Below are positions 19,115-28,367 of a stretch of DNA of 64,000 bases, one piece after another. The stretch's first letter is position 1. Each line of letters begins with the position of its first letter. Source of the DNA: an uncultured Chroococcidiopsis sp. (GTDB taxonomy: Bacteria; Cyanobacteriota; Cyanobacteriia; Cyanobacteriales; Chroococcidiopsidaceae); NCBI GenBank assembly GCA_964248365.1, contig CAXTYC010000012.1:30132-94131 (forward strand). The letters run 5' to 3'. The translations under genes were made by a program, and so were the position numbers. Below the pieces are notes generated by a model. It made no database searches. It had not been told where the DNA came from and worked only from the letters and a program-made list of their open reading frames with translations.

Positions 19115-21259
19115 ATGAAACACCGAGTTGTTCTACAGCAGAGTGAAGAAGATTGCGGGGCTGCCTGTCTTGCTTCTATTGCCAAATATTACGGACGGAC
19201 TTTTACCTTGAACCGCATTCGAGAAGCGGTAGGTACTGGGCAATTGGGAACTACATTATTGGGCTTGCGGCGAGGTTCCGAGTCATTGGGTTTTAATGCT
19301 CGCTCAGTCAGAGCCGCCCCAGAAGTCTTGAGTAAGATAAATCAAATACCCCTGCCTGCAATCATTCACTGGAAGAATAGGCACTGGGTAGTTTTATACG
19401 GCAAGCGTGGCAGAAAGTACGTAATTGCTGATCCTGCGGTTGGAATGCGTTATCTGTCCAAAGAGCAGTTAATCGAAGGTTGGACAGATTGGGTGATGCT
19501 TTTGCAAGAGCCTGATTCGATTCGCTTTTTTAGCCAATCAGAGGATAAAGTTGACAACTTTGAGCAATGGTTCAGACGTTTGTGGATGTACCGAACCATT
19601 CTCGCTGAAGCTTTGCTATGCGCGATTGTTATCGGGCTGCTATCTTTAGCTTCTCCATTCCTAATTCAAATTCTCACAGATGATGTTTTAATTCGCGGTG
19701 ATACCCAGTTGTTAGCTGGTGTTGTACTGGCGGTAATAGCGCTCAGCTTAGTGAGAAGAAGTTTGGCGCTGGTGCAAAATAATTTGATTGCTCATTTTGC
19801 TCAACGTTTAGAGTTAGGGCTAATTCTAGAGTTTGGGCAACAAATTCTCCAATTACCTCTGACTTATTATGAAGCTCGTCGGAGTGGCGAGATTGTCAGC
19901 AGATTACGAGATATCCAAGAAATTAATCGCTTAGTCTCACGAGTCATTGTCAGTTTACCCAGTGAGTTCTTTATTGCCTTTGTTTCTTTTATTTTTATGG
20001 TTTTCTACAGCATAAAACTCACTATAACTGCTGTGTTAATTGCCCTTATTATGACTCTCTCTACTATTATATTTCTTCCAGCACTGAGGCAAAAGACTCG
20101 TAGCTTATTAGTTTTGGAAGCAGAAAATCAAGGCGTTTTGGTAGAAACTTTTAAGGGAGCATTAACACTCAAAACCACGAGTGCAGCCCCGTCTTTTTGG
20201 GAAGAATTGCAAAGTCGATTTAGTCGGTTAGCAAATCTCACATTTGGTACTATCCAAATCAATATTATTAATAACACCTTTTCTGCATTAGTTTCTGATA
20301 TTGGTAGTGTGTGCCTACTTTGGTTCGGTAGTACCTTAGTCATCGGTAAAGAGTTAACTATTGGTCAATTGCTTGCGTTTACTAGTCTCAATCGTAATGT
20401 TTTGAATTTAATTAGTTCATTAATCGATTTTGTTGATGAATCTGCACGAATACAAACAGCTACCTCAAGATTACAAGAAGTTATTACAGCTACACCAGAA
20501 ACTCAGAATGAGGCTAGAAAACCTTGGGTAAAAATTCCTGCTAATGCTGATATTATTTGTACAAACCTGACTTTTCATTACCCAGGTAGACTTGATTTAG
20601 TACAAGATTTTTCTTTGACAATTCCAGGTGGTAAGGTAGTCGCTTTGATTGGTAAATCAGGCTGTGGTAAGAGTACCTTATCTAAATTGATTGCAGGTTT
20701 GTATCAAATGCAGTCGGGAAATATTCGGATTGATCGATATAACATCCAAGATTTATCGATTGAATGTCTTAGACAGCAGGTAGTTCTTGTTCCTCAAGAA
20801 CCACATTTTTGGAGTCGCACAATTATTGAGAACTTTCGCTTAGGTTCTCCCACTGCAACGTTTGAGCAAATTGTCAAAGCTTGTCAAATTGCCCAGGCTG
20901 ATGAGTTTATTAGTAGACTACCAGAGAAGTATCAAACTGTCTTGGGTGAGTTTGGTACGAATATTTCTGGAGGACAAAGACAAAGATTAGCGATCGCCCG
21001 TGCAATTGTCAACGATCCACCCATACTGATTTTAGATGAATCTACCGCTGGACTCGATCCTGTAAGTGAAGCACAAGTTTTAAATCAATTATTATACCAT
21101 CGCCGAGGCAAAACCACAATTTTGATTAGTCACCGTCCCCGCGTGATTAATCAAGCTGATTGGATTGTATTACTCAATCAAGGATCGTTGCAAATGCAAG
21201 GCTCTTTAGAGTCATTGCGATCGCAACCAGGCGAACATACAGACTTCATCACACCGTAA
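19115..21259 (+). CDS. Peptidase C39-containing ABC transporter (PCAT)
   Basis: QQSEEDCGAAC, HWVV, IADP; TM domain; GKSGCGKST, ISGGQRQR, LILDE. Confidence 0.95.
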   Translation: MKHRVVLQQSEEDCGAACLASIAKYYGRTFTLNRIREAVGTGQLGTTLLGLRRGSESLGFNARSVRAAPEVLSKINQIPLPAIIHWKNRHWVVLYGKRGRKYVIADPAVGMRYLSKEQLIEGWTDWVMLLQEPDSIRFFSQSEDKVDNFEQWFRRLWMYRTILAEALLCAIVIGLLSLASPFLIQILTDDVLIRGDTQLLAGVVLAVIALSLVRRSLALVQNNLIAHFAQRLELGLILEFGQQILQLPLTYYEARRSGEIVSRLRDIQEINRLVSRVIVSLPSEFFIAFVSFIFMVFYSIKLTITAVLIALIMTLSTIIFLPALRQKTRSLLVLEAENQGVLVETFKGALTLKTTSAAPSFWEELQSRFSRLANLTFGTIQINIINNTFSALVSDIGSVCLLWFGSTLVIGKELTIGQLLAFTSLNRNVLNLISSLIDFVDESARIQTATSRLQEVITATPETQNEARKPWVKIPANADIICTNLTFHYPGRLDLVQDFSLTIPGGKVVALIGKSGCGKSTLSKLIAGLYQMQSGNIRIDRYNIQDLSIECLRQQVVLVPQEPHFWSRTIIENFRLGSPTATFEQIVKACQIAQADEFISRLPEKYQTVLGEFGTNISGGQRQRLAIARAIVNDPPILILDESTAGLDPVSEAQVLNQLLYHRRGKTTILISHRPRVINQADWIVLLNQGSLQMQGSLESLRSQPGEHTDFITP

Positions 21260-21333
21260 AAATCCTCATAAGACTTACATCTTACGACTTGTTGCAATTC
21301 TCGGTTCGTTAACCTAATTTATCTTCAACTGGT

Positions 21334-21504
21334 ATCTTGCAGCATTCTTGATCAGCATCCAGATCCGCCTTGAAAAGATTTTCAAGGCTCATAGCCCAAG
21401 TCTACTAAAGTAGACTAGCAGACAGACTTTAACCCATTTCAATGGGTTTTTGCTATGAGCCTGTGAATTAAATTCGCAGGCGGACGTTGCAACAGATGCA
21501 AGAT
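21334..21504. mobile_element. MITE-like element with ATCTTGCA...TGCAAGAT termini (copy 2)
   Basis: TIR plus nested palindromes; homologous to 2670-2831. Confidence 0.6.
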
Positions 21505-21615
21505 CTCAGTCCAACGTAAATATGTAATTCCACTGTTGAGATACTTGAAAACAAAGTATATATTTCAACTAAGTAAGAAGCATTTTTTCTATCTCGGCAT
21601 CAATCAAACTAAATT

Positions 21616-22702
21616 TTGATAAATACAGTTCCCATCACTCCAGATAAACTGCAAGGCTGCTTAGAGACTTTGTATAATCTTAGACTACCCGCTTTCCTAC
21701 ATGGAGCGCCTGGAATTGGCAAAAGTACCATTATCCGAGACTTTGCTCGTAGTCGGGGGATGGAGTTGATTGTATTGATGCTCAGTCAAATTGAGGCGAC
21801 GGATCTTAGAGGTATTCCCTATCCCGATAAAGAAACACGTACAGTCAGTTGGTTTACACCGGAGTTTTTACCACGTCAGAACAAAGCAGGGATAATCTTT
21901 TTAGATGAGTTGTCTGGTGCAGAGCCACGCTTGCAGGTAGCGGCTTATCAGCTAATCTTGGATCGGCGTGTAGGGGAGTACGTGTTACCTGCAGATTGGT
22001 GGGTAGTGGGGGCTGGGAATAATGCCTCAGATGGGGCAATTGTATATGAGATGGGGAGTGCGCTAAGCGATCGCTTGGTACATTTCAAAGTAGTTCCAGA
22101 TGCGAAAGCTTGGATCAAATGGGCTTTGGAGAATAGGATCGCATCTTCTGTTATTACGTTTATTCAAGTCAAACCAGACTATCAAGGGCGCAACTGGTAT
22201 AGGATTTACCCAATCAGATTATGCCATTAAACCGACACCGCGATCGTGGGAGCGGGTAAGCCAGGTATTAAAAACAAACCCTGCCAAACAGACTTTAGAT
22301 TATCTAATTTCCGGCATTGTCGGGGAGGCTACCTGTGCTGAATTTTTTCATGTGCTAGAAGAGTTGCAAGACTGCCCTAGTGTAGAAACTTTATTACAAG
22401 CCGATCAAATTCAACTACTAGAAATCATACCTCGAACAATTCCAGGTTTATATGGTTTAACCTACAGTTTAATTGCCTATTGTCACAACTTAGATGACTT
22501 GAGAAATGCAGCCAGAATTTTAAATACTATAACTCAAATTCAAGATGAATTACCTAGAGCCGAAATTCAAGCACTAGCATTTGAGTTGTTGATGGAAAAA
22601 GCCGACAAATTCAAACTATTATTCAGTTTTGGTAAAGCACCCGAATACCAAGCTTATCGAGAAAGAGCCAAGCAGATTACTAATCTTTTAAATCACCTGT
22701 GA
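21616..22702 (+). pseudogene. MoxR-like AAA+ ATPase split by a single frameshift near 22182
   Basis: Frame 1: GAPGIGKS, DLRGIP, IIFLDEL, AGN, ALSDR up to KPDY. Frame 2 continues KGATG...PTPRSWERVS to the stop at 22702. Confidence 0.85.
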
Positions 22703-22803
22703 TTCCTGAGACGATCTAGTTACCAGGTTCAGCCAGGTAACTAGAATATCGAGGCTCCGCCTCAGTAGATTATAAACGAATTGATTTTACTAGGATTTCA
22801 TAT

Positions 22804-23724
22804 ATGACACATCAACCTATAAGCTTGCATGAAATTGACTTTAGCCAACCTGATCGTGAGTTTATCTACAAAGGACAGACTTATCAAATTAAAGAATACT
22901 CTGATATTTGTTATGTTAAAAAGAATAAATCTCACCCTTGGGAGTTTATTTATGTATTTTGTTCGCACTCGGCAAGTCTTATAAACAAACAAAATTATTC
23001 ATCTACTCTTGAAGAAATAATTTTAAAAAAGGCAGACAAACTTTTACGTTGTGTGGAGTATGAAAACATCATTTTTGGCTTTAGCACCAATAACAAAGGA
23101 TGTTATTTTTCAATTGAAGATGAATATTGGACTTGGTTCAACTGGAAAGCTCCTAGACACATGAGTATAGATGATCTATTAGAGAAACCCTATGATTTCT
23201 TTATTGATAAAGCAAAAACCATCTATTATACAGAGATTCCTCTCATAGAAGATAAAGTTGATGATTATTCTTATAGGAGCAATACAGCTAAACCTATTGA
23301 GTTTGTATGTGGCTCTGAATCAGAGCTAGAAAGACTAACGCAACTGGCTGCATTTATATTACCTGAATTTAAACCTCTATTCGAGCGCTACTCCAGCTTC
23401 AAAGTAATCTATGAGTCAGAAAATGCCTATCAGTGTGGCGGTATTACTGAAGAAATAGACACCCCAGACTGGTATTATGACATTGTTCTTTCCAAACAAG
23501 CGCAGAAGTTATTCGATCTAATCTTTGAATACAACTATTTTACTGGACTTCAATGGGAGTACAACGATGGTCATGGATACACAGGCTACGATCCCCTTTC
23601 ATACACTATTGAAATTAGCTTACAAGCTCCTTCACAACACGAAAGATTAGAAGCGGTGCTGGAATTACAAAGTTGGTTAGAAGGTAAACTTCCCGATGAG
23701 GAGATTAGAGCCTATTTTGAGTAG
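22804..23724 (+). CDS. Hypothetical acidic Tyr-rich protein
   Basis: 306-aa ORF co-oriented between the AAA and vWA genes; no family recognised. Confidence 0.75.
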   Translation: MTHQPISLHEIDFSQPDREFIYKGQTYQIKEYSDICYVKKNKSHPWEFIYVFCSHSASLINKQNYSSTLEEIILKKADKLLRCVEYENIIFGFSTNNKGCYFSIEDEYWTWFNWKAPRHMSIDDLLEKPYDFFIDKAKTIYYTEIPLIEDKVDDYSYRSNTAKPIEFVCGSESELERLTQLAAFILPEFKPLFERYSSFKVIYESENAYQCGGITEEIDTPDWYYDIVLSKQAQKLFDLIFEYNYFTGLQWEYNDGHGYTGYDPLSYTIEISLQAPSQHERLEAVLELQSWLEGKLPDEEIRAYFE

Positions 23725-23878
23725 CGGCTGATACTGATTTACTATGGTGATGCTATACATCAGATTTCTGGCTTTAAAAGCTACCTAAATCCTCTTTTTT
23801 AAAGGGGTAAGTTTAAGAATATATTACCTACTTTGCCAGAGTTGATATTTTAGAGTATCTGTAGCAATCTGCAATAAA

Positions 23879-25084
23879 ATGATAAAAATATTAGATAATT
23901 CTATCAAAGATTTGAAGGATAAATTAAATACCATAGTGCGATATTGCATCACTAAATCACCAGGTTTTGCCAGTATCGCTTTGTGGATTCCCTACCATAT
24001 TTATTCAGAAGATTGTGATCTAATCGCCTATACAGATGGAAAATTTATCCGAGTAGGGCAAAGATTTTTTGATTATCAGCCAGCCCAACAAGCATTCATT
24101 GTAATTCATGAAGTCATGCACGTTGCACTTAGACACGTTGGGCGATCGCCCAAAAATTACAATCCCCTATGGAACATCGCCACAGATGCGGTAATCAATC
24201 AAGCTTTGCGTCACATTGCCTGGTTAAGTTGTCCTGCTGATGCGATTGTGTTAGAAAATCTAATCGATGAGGAAACCCTCAAATTACATCCTGCTTATCA
24301 ATGGACATCGGAACAAGTTTATAATTACTTACTTAAGCATCCAGATCGTTGCACTGCAACCGTATTCATGGCAGACTTGCGTACGCTGGGTGAATTTGGG
24401 GAAGGCACAGATAACCCCAGTCACAGCCGTGAAATTCAAGATCAGATTTGGAGAAGTAGACTAATTCGGGCCTTGGCAGGCGATCGCGCAGGCGGCATTT
24501 TTCGTCATCTACAACAAGATTTTCCCACAACCAAAGCGCCTTGGCAACACTACCTACGGCAATACCTAACCCAGGCTATGTTACCAGAAAGAGAAACGAA
24601 CTGGTCTAAACCCAGCCGTCGCTCTGTTAGCTTACTCGATCAAAACATTGAAATATTTGAACCTGCAACCCGTCCTAAACCAGGACTCAAACGCGCTGGT
24701 ATAGTAATTGATACTTCAGGTTCGATTGATGACAATCTGCTGCATCAATTTGTCACCCACGTCCAAACGATCCAAACTCAGACTGGTTGCGAAGTTTATC
24801 TCATTTCAGCCGACGCTGACGTGCAAACCGAAGATCTAATCTGCAGCCACGATCCAAGTTTAATTACCCTAATCCAACGCAAACAAATTCAACTCAAAGG
24901 TGGAGGCGGTACTGATTTTAGACCTGCACTCGACACTCTCAAATCCAAGTCTATTAGCGTATGTGTCTACCTTACAGATTTAATGGGTACTTTCCCAGAT
25001 CATCCCCCTAATTATGATGTGGTTTGGGCTAGCACATCACCCGATCAATCTGCCCCATTTGGTCGAGTTATTGTGATTGAGTAG
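23879..25084 (+). CDS. Zincin metallopeptidase + vWA-like protein (DUF2201-type)
   Basis: AYTDG, HEVMH (HExxH), WNIATDAVIN; MIDAS IDTSGSI, GGGGTDF, YLTD. Confidence 0.88.
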   Translation: MIKILDNSIKDLKDKLNTIVRYCITKSPGFASIALWIPYHIYSEDCDLIAYTDGKFIRVGQRFFDYQPAQQAFIVIHEVMHVALRHVGRSPKNYNPLWNIATDAVINQALRHIAWLSCPADAIVLENLIDEETLKLHPAYQWTSEQVYNYLLKHPDRCTATVFMADLRTLGEFGEGTDNPSHSREIQDQIWRSRLIRALAGDRAGGIFRHLQQDFPTTKAPWQHYLRQYLTQAMLPERETNWSKPSRRSVSLLDQNIEIFEPATRPKPGLKRAGIVIDTSGSIDDNLLHQFVTHVQTIQTQTGCEVYLISADADVQTEDLICSHDPSLITLIQRKQIQLKGGGGTDFRPALDTLKSKSISVCVYLTDLMGTFPDHPPNYDVVWASTSPDQSAPFGRVIVIE

Positions 25085-25144
25085 GGGCGGGTTCACCAAA
25101 AATCTACAGTTTCATACAAATATCTCAAATCAACCCGCCCGTAC
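25081..25144. repeat. ~64-bp GTAG/GTAC-flanked REP-like palindromic element
   Basis: GTAGGGGCGGGTT...AACCCGCCCGTAC; related copies near 3830, 28167, 46591, 46651 and 61091. Confidence 0.75.
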
Positions 25145-25280
25145 AAAATATTCGTGCAAGAGGTCTATTGAATTAATTTTAACCCAGGCGGGAATCTTGC
25201 TTATCTTTATTTGTACGATGGTGGGCAATGCCCTTTTCAACAATACGATGGTGGGCATGGGTAGCATACAATGGTATAAC

Positions 25281-25703
25281 ATGGACATTTTATTTCATTG
25301 TGAATCGAGCGCCCGTAAATTTGGCGGAATCCCAGAAGATTATATTCCGATCCACAAATTTTTCGATCAGTCCAAGTTATTCGTTGCTGATTGGAGACAT
25401 GGCGCCTTATTGCATCACACTTTAGGCGTATCTTTGTGCGAACAAATGTTTGGAGATTTTTACACTCGCCCCTCAGATGGGCAAAAGATTAGCACTCGTT
25501 TAATTGCAGAACAGCACGTATTAGAAGATTTGGGGGCATTACCCGATCCCGCCTGGTATATTCGAGAAATGCCGATCCGTCGTTGGATGAATGGTATGAC
25601 ACCTGAACAACGTCGCCGGACGCAAAAATTGATTTTAGAAGACAATCAAAAAGAACTAGAACGAGACTATCAAATTTATCTAAGCGAGAATGCGCAAATT
25701 TGA
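25281..25703 (+). CDS. His-rich DUF6915-like protein
   Basis: FHCESSARKFGG.PEDY.PIH.FFDQSK...DWRHGALLHH..G...EQMFG...TRLIAEQHVLEDLG; start placed at ATG 25281. Confidence 0.75.
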   Translation: MDILFHCESSARKFGGIPEDYIPIHKFFDQSKLFVADWRHGALLHHTLGVSLCEQMFGDFYTRPSDGQKISTRLIAEQHVLEDLGALPDPAWYIREMPIRRWMNGMTPEQRRRTQKLILEDNQKELERDYQIYLSENAQI

Positions 25704-25786
25704 AGCTGAGGAATAAATATCTAGGTTCTGCTCAGCATAAGCTACAGCATAAGTCTCTCCTATGCCAAATCAATAGAGCGATCGCG

Positions 25787-25996
25787 TCAATCGTTTTGAG
25801 ACGATTGCGATGCTTCTTGTTTATCCCGCTCTACCTGAGCGGCGATCGCTTTACGTAGCCATTCGGTACGATTAGGCAGCGATCGCACGTATGCATCTAT
25901 ATCCAGTGGCAGTTTCACTGAAACCGATCTACTTGCTACTGGCTCGTCATAAACTTGTGTAAATTTATTTTTCGGGTTAGGATTGCCCCTGCCCAT
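25787..25996 (-). CDS. Small ribbon-helix-helix (CopG-like) DNA-binding protein, copy 1
   Basis: 69 aa; SVSVKLPLDIDAYVRSLPNRTEWLRKAI strand-helix-helix pattern; GAGG RBS. Confidence 0.7.
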   Translation of the reverse strand: MGRGNPNPKNKFTQVYDEPVASRSVSVKLPLDIDAYVRSLPNRTEWLRKAIAAQVERDKQEASQSSQND

Positions 25997-26151
25997 GTTT
26001 CCTCGTTTTCCTGTAAAATAGAAACATTGACTCTTTTGTTGCCCCACGCCGATATCTGAACCCCGTCCCCTGGCAAAAGCCTCAGATGTCAGTTTACACC
26101 CAAATGGGAGGCTATAAGTATTCTACCCAATCTGACACTTTTGCGATCGCG

Positions 26152-26361
26152 TCACTCGTTTTGAGACGATTGCGATGCTTCGGTTTTATCTCGCTCTACC
26201 TGAGCGGCGATTGCTTTACGCAGCCATTCGGTTTTATTGGGCAGCGATCGCACATACTCATCGTGAGAAATTGGTACTCGCACAGTTAGAGGCTGTTCTG
26301 CTAATAATTCCTCTCCTACTCGCTTTGAATATAGTAATGGATTTCCACCCTTTCTTGCCAT
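26152..26361 (-). CDS. Small ribbon-helix-helix (CopG-like) DNA-binding protein, copy 2
   Basis: 69 aa; LTVRVPISHDEYVRSLPNKTEWLRKAI; C-terminal half nearly identical to copy 1. Confidence 0.7.
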   Translation of the reverse strand: MARKGGNPLLYSKRVGEELLAEQPLTVRVPISHDEYVRSLPNKTEWLRKAIAAQVERDKTEASQSSQNE

Positions 26362-26503
26362 TTTTTGATGTATACTTCTATATAATACGGTAAAATTTGG
26401 GAACAAAGCCAGAGGACAGGCAGCAAACCAAAAATCCTCTGACAGACCTCAAACAGACCGTATACGTTTGTTAGGCAGTTATATACATTTGTTTGGAGGC
26501 TAT

Positions 26504-27022
26504 ATGTATTCTACTCAATTTGACACTTTTGCGATCGCCCAAAAAAATCTGTATTCGTACCTAGAGCAACAAAGTAGTGTACTCGCCCCGCGCCTCAAGC
26601 CCCTCGTGCCTAAATCTATCCTCGTCGAGCGAGTTGGCTTTACCCGAAACGCCTCGAATACACCCTACATAGTTTACCTGGTGAATAATCGTCGCTGCTG
26701 CACCTTTATCAAGCGCCGCTGGTTTGTCGAGCTAGTACAAATACTACTGAAGCTAGTCAAAGGAATTGAAGCGAAAATCCGTTCTTGCACCTCGACACAG
26801 TGGAGCGGACTAAACGTTAAGACAGATGTCACAATTGAGTCAATAGCCAGCAGCTATATTAATAAGTTTTTTGAAGAATACAATGCGGCAGCGATATCGT
26901 GGGCTGAAGCTGAGTGTAATTGCGACATTCTATTATTTGGGTTTTGTCGTCACACGATTACTGATGCGATCGCACACTTGAAGTTACAGGGCTTACATCA
27001 GCTCGGTGTGCGGCTCAGATAA
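26504..27022 (+). CDS. Hypothetical protein with C-terminal SWIM-type zinc finger
   Basis: GGAGG RBS before ATG 26504; CNC-x7-CRH motif. Confidence 0.65.
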   Translation: MYSTQFDTFAIAQKNLYSYLEQQSSVLAPRLKPLVPKSILVERVGFTRNASNTPYIVYLVNNRRCCTFIKRRWFVELVQILLKLVKGIEAKIRSCTSTQWSGLNVKTDVTIESIASSYINKFFEEYNAAAISWAEAECNCDILLFGFCRHTITDAIAHLKLQGLHQLGVRLR

Positions 27023-27145
27023 GCTTTTGCTTTCAAATTCATGATTCTTAATGTGCTGAGTGGTTATTGGTATTGAAGCGCGATCGCACAATCCCATAGG
27101 CTGAAAGAAGTAGCGATCGGTTGTTAACAACTACTTCTAACTCAA

Positions 27146-27481
27146 ATGCCCCTTAGAATCATCGAACACTTTGATAGCAGTTTTACTCTTGCTCCCCAGA
27201 CAAAAGTAGCTTTATTCAACTTATTACAGAGTGAAGCCTTTATCAAACAAATCTGTGAACAGATGCAATGTGACTGTGTTGAATTTATAGAACTTGTTTT
27301 TCAACCCGTTCCCTACAGCACAGCAACACCTAAAGGGATGCCTAGTGAATTTGAAAAATACCACGAATCAGACGACCACGTTATCATTAACGTGCCGCCT
27401 AATTTCATGTTTAAAGCCAAAATTTTTAAGCCAAGTCGCTTGTGTGCTATATATCGCAAAACCAAAGCGATTAGCTGTTAG
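27146..27481 (+). CDS. Hypothetical protein
   Basis: 111-aa ORF with protein-like composition; family not recognised. Confidence 0.6.
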   Translation: MPLRIIEHFDSSFTLAPQTKVALFNLLQSEAFIKQICEQMQCDCVEFIELVFQPVPYSTATPKGMPSEFEKYHESDDHVIINVPPNFMFKAKIFKPSRLCAIYRKTKAISC

Positions 27482-27584
27482 CAATTAGCTGTTAGCTGTT
27501 AGCTTTTAGCGATTAGCACTGGTAACTGGTAACTGATAACTGATAACTGATAACTGGTAACTGTCCCCTCACCCCTCACTCTCA

Positions 27585-28124
27585 ATGACTACTGAAATTG
27601 CAATTCCTTCCCTATTCAGTCTGGAATATATCCCCTACATCGACACCAACGGTCAATTACCTGAGCAATTCCAAGGAAAAGTTGGGGTTTATGCAATTTT
27701 TGCTGGGGACAAATTGCTGCAATATGTAGGCTATTCCCGCGATGTTTATATCAGTCTCCAGCAGCATCTTGTACGACAACCACAAAAATGTTATTGGCTC
27801 AAAGTGCAAACAATAGATCGCCCAAGTCGTACAATTTTGGAAAATATTCGTGAAGCTTGGATGAGTGAGAACGGCTCAATTCCTGATGGAAATACGAGGG
27901 AAGAATCGAAATGGACTCAGCCTATAGATGCCAAAATCACTATGACTCCAGACGAGCAAAAACATTATACCGCAACTGATGAAATAACGCAAGTAAAAAT
28001 ATTAAAAAATGCTGCTCGTAGAGTAGAGGGGCAAATTTTAGCCCAGTTAGAATCTCGCGGTGTAAAAATGCAAATTCGCTTCAATCCTAAGCTGAAAGAA
28101 AAAGGCTTACTGGACTTGAAGTAA
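27585..28124 (+). CDS. GIY-YIG-like domain protein (conserved cyanobacterial)
   Basis: GVYAIF...LQYVGYSR. Confidence 0.8.
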   Translation: MTTEIAIPSLFSLEYIPYIDTNGQLPEQFQGKVGVYAIFAGDKLLQYVGYSRDVYISLQQHLVRQPQKCYWLKVQTIDRPSRTILENIREAWMSENGSIPDGNTREESKWTQPIDAKITMTPDEQKHYTATDEITQVKILKNAARRVEGQILAQLESRGVKMQIRFNPKLKEKGLLDLK

Positions 28125-28367
28125 CTCAGTGACCAGTTATCAGTTATCATGCTCTACTGGTAGTTGGTAGGGGCGCTCTTTAAACGAGTATCTGGAGGTT
28201 CACAAGTATGTCTGACTAAACCCGCGCGTACGGTAGTTGGTAGTTGGTAACTGCCCAGGTTCAGTCGTTGGGATGGGTACTTAAGCGAGCTAGTTATTGT
28301 AAAGTAATGGGAGATGAGCAATCAAGCTTAAGGCTATGCGCGATCGCGTACCGCTTGTAAAATTTCC

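Noticed and set aside
25077..25280. 68-aa N-terminal extension of the DUF6915-like ORF
   Set aside because: It translates a REP-like element and short repeats; the recognisable domain starts at ATG 25281
26086..26393. Plus-strand ORFs of 67 and 72 aa
   Set aside because: Antisense to RHH copy 2; only the first codons are a duplicated stub of the SWIM gene
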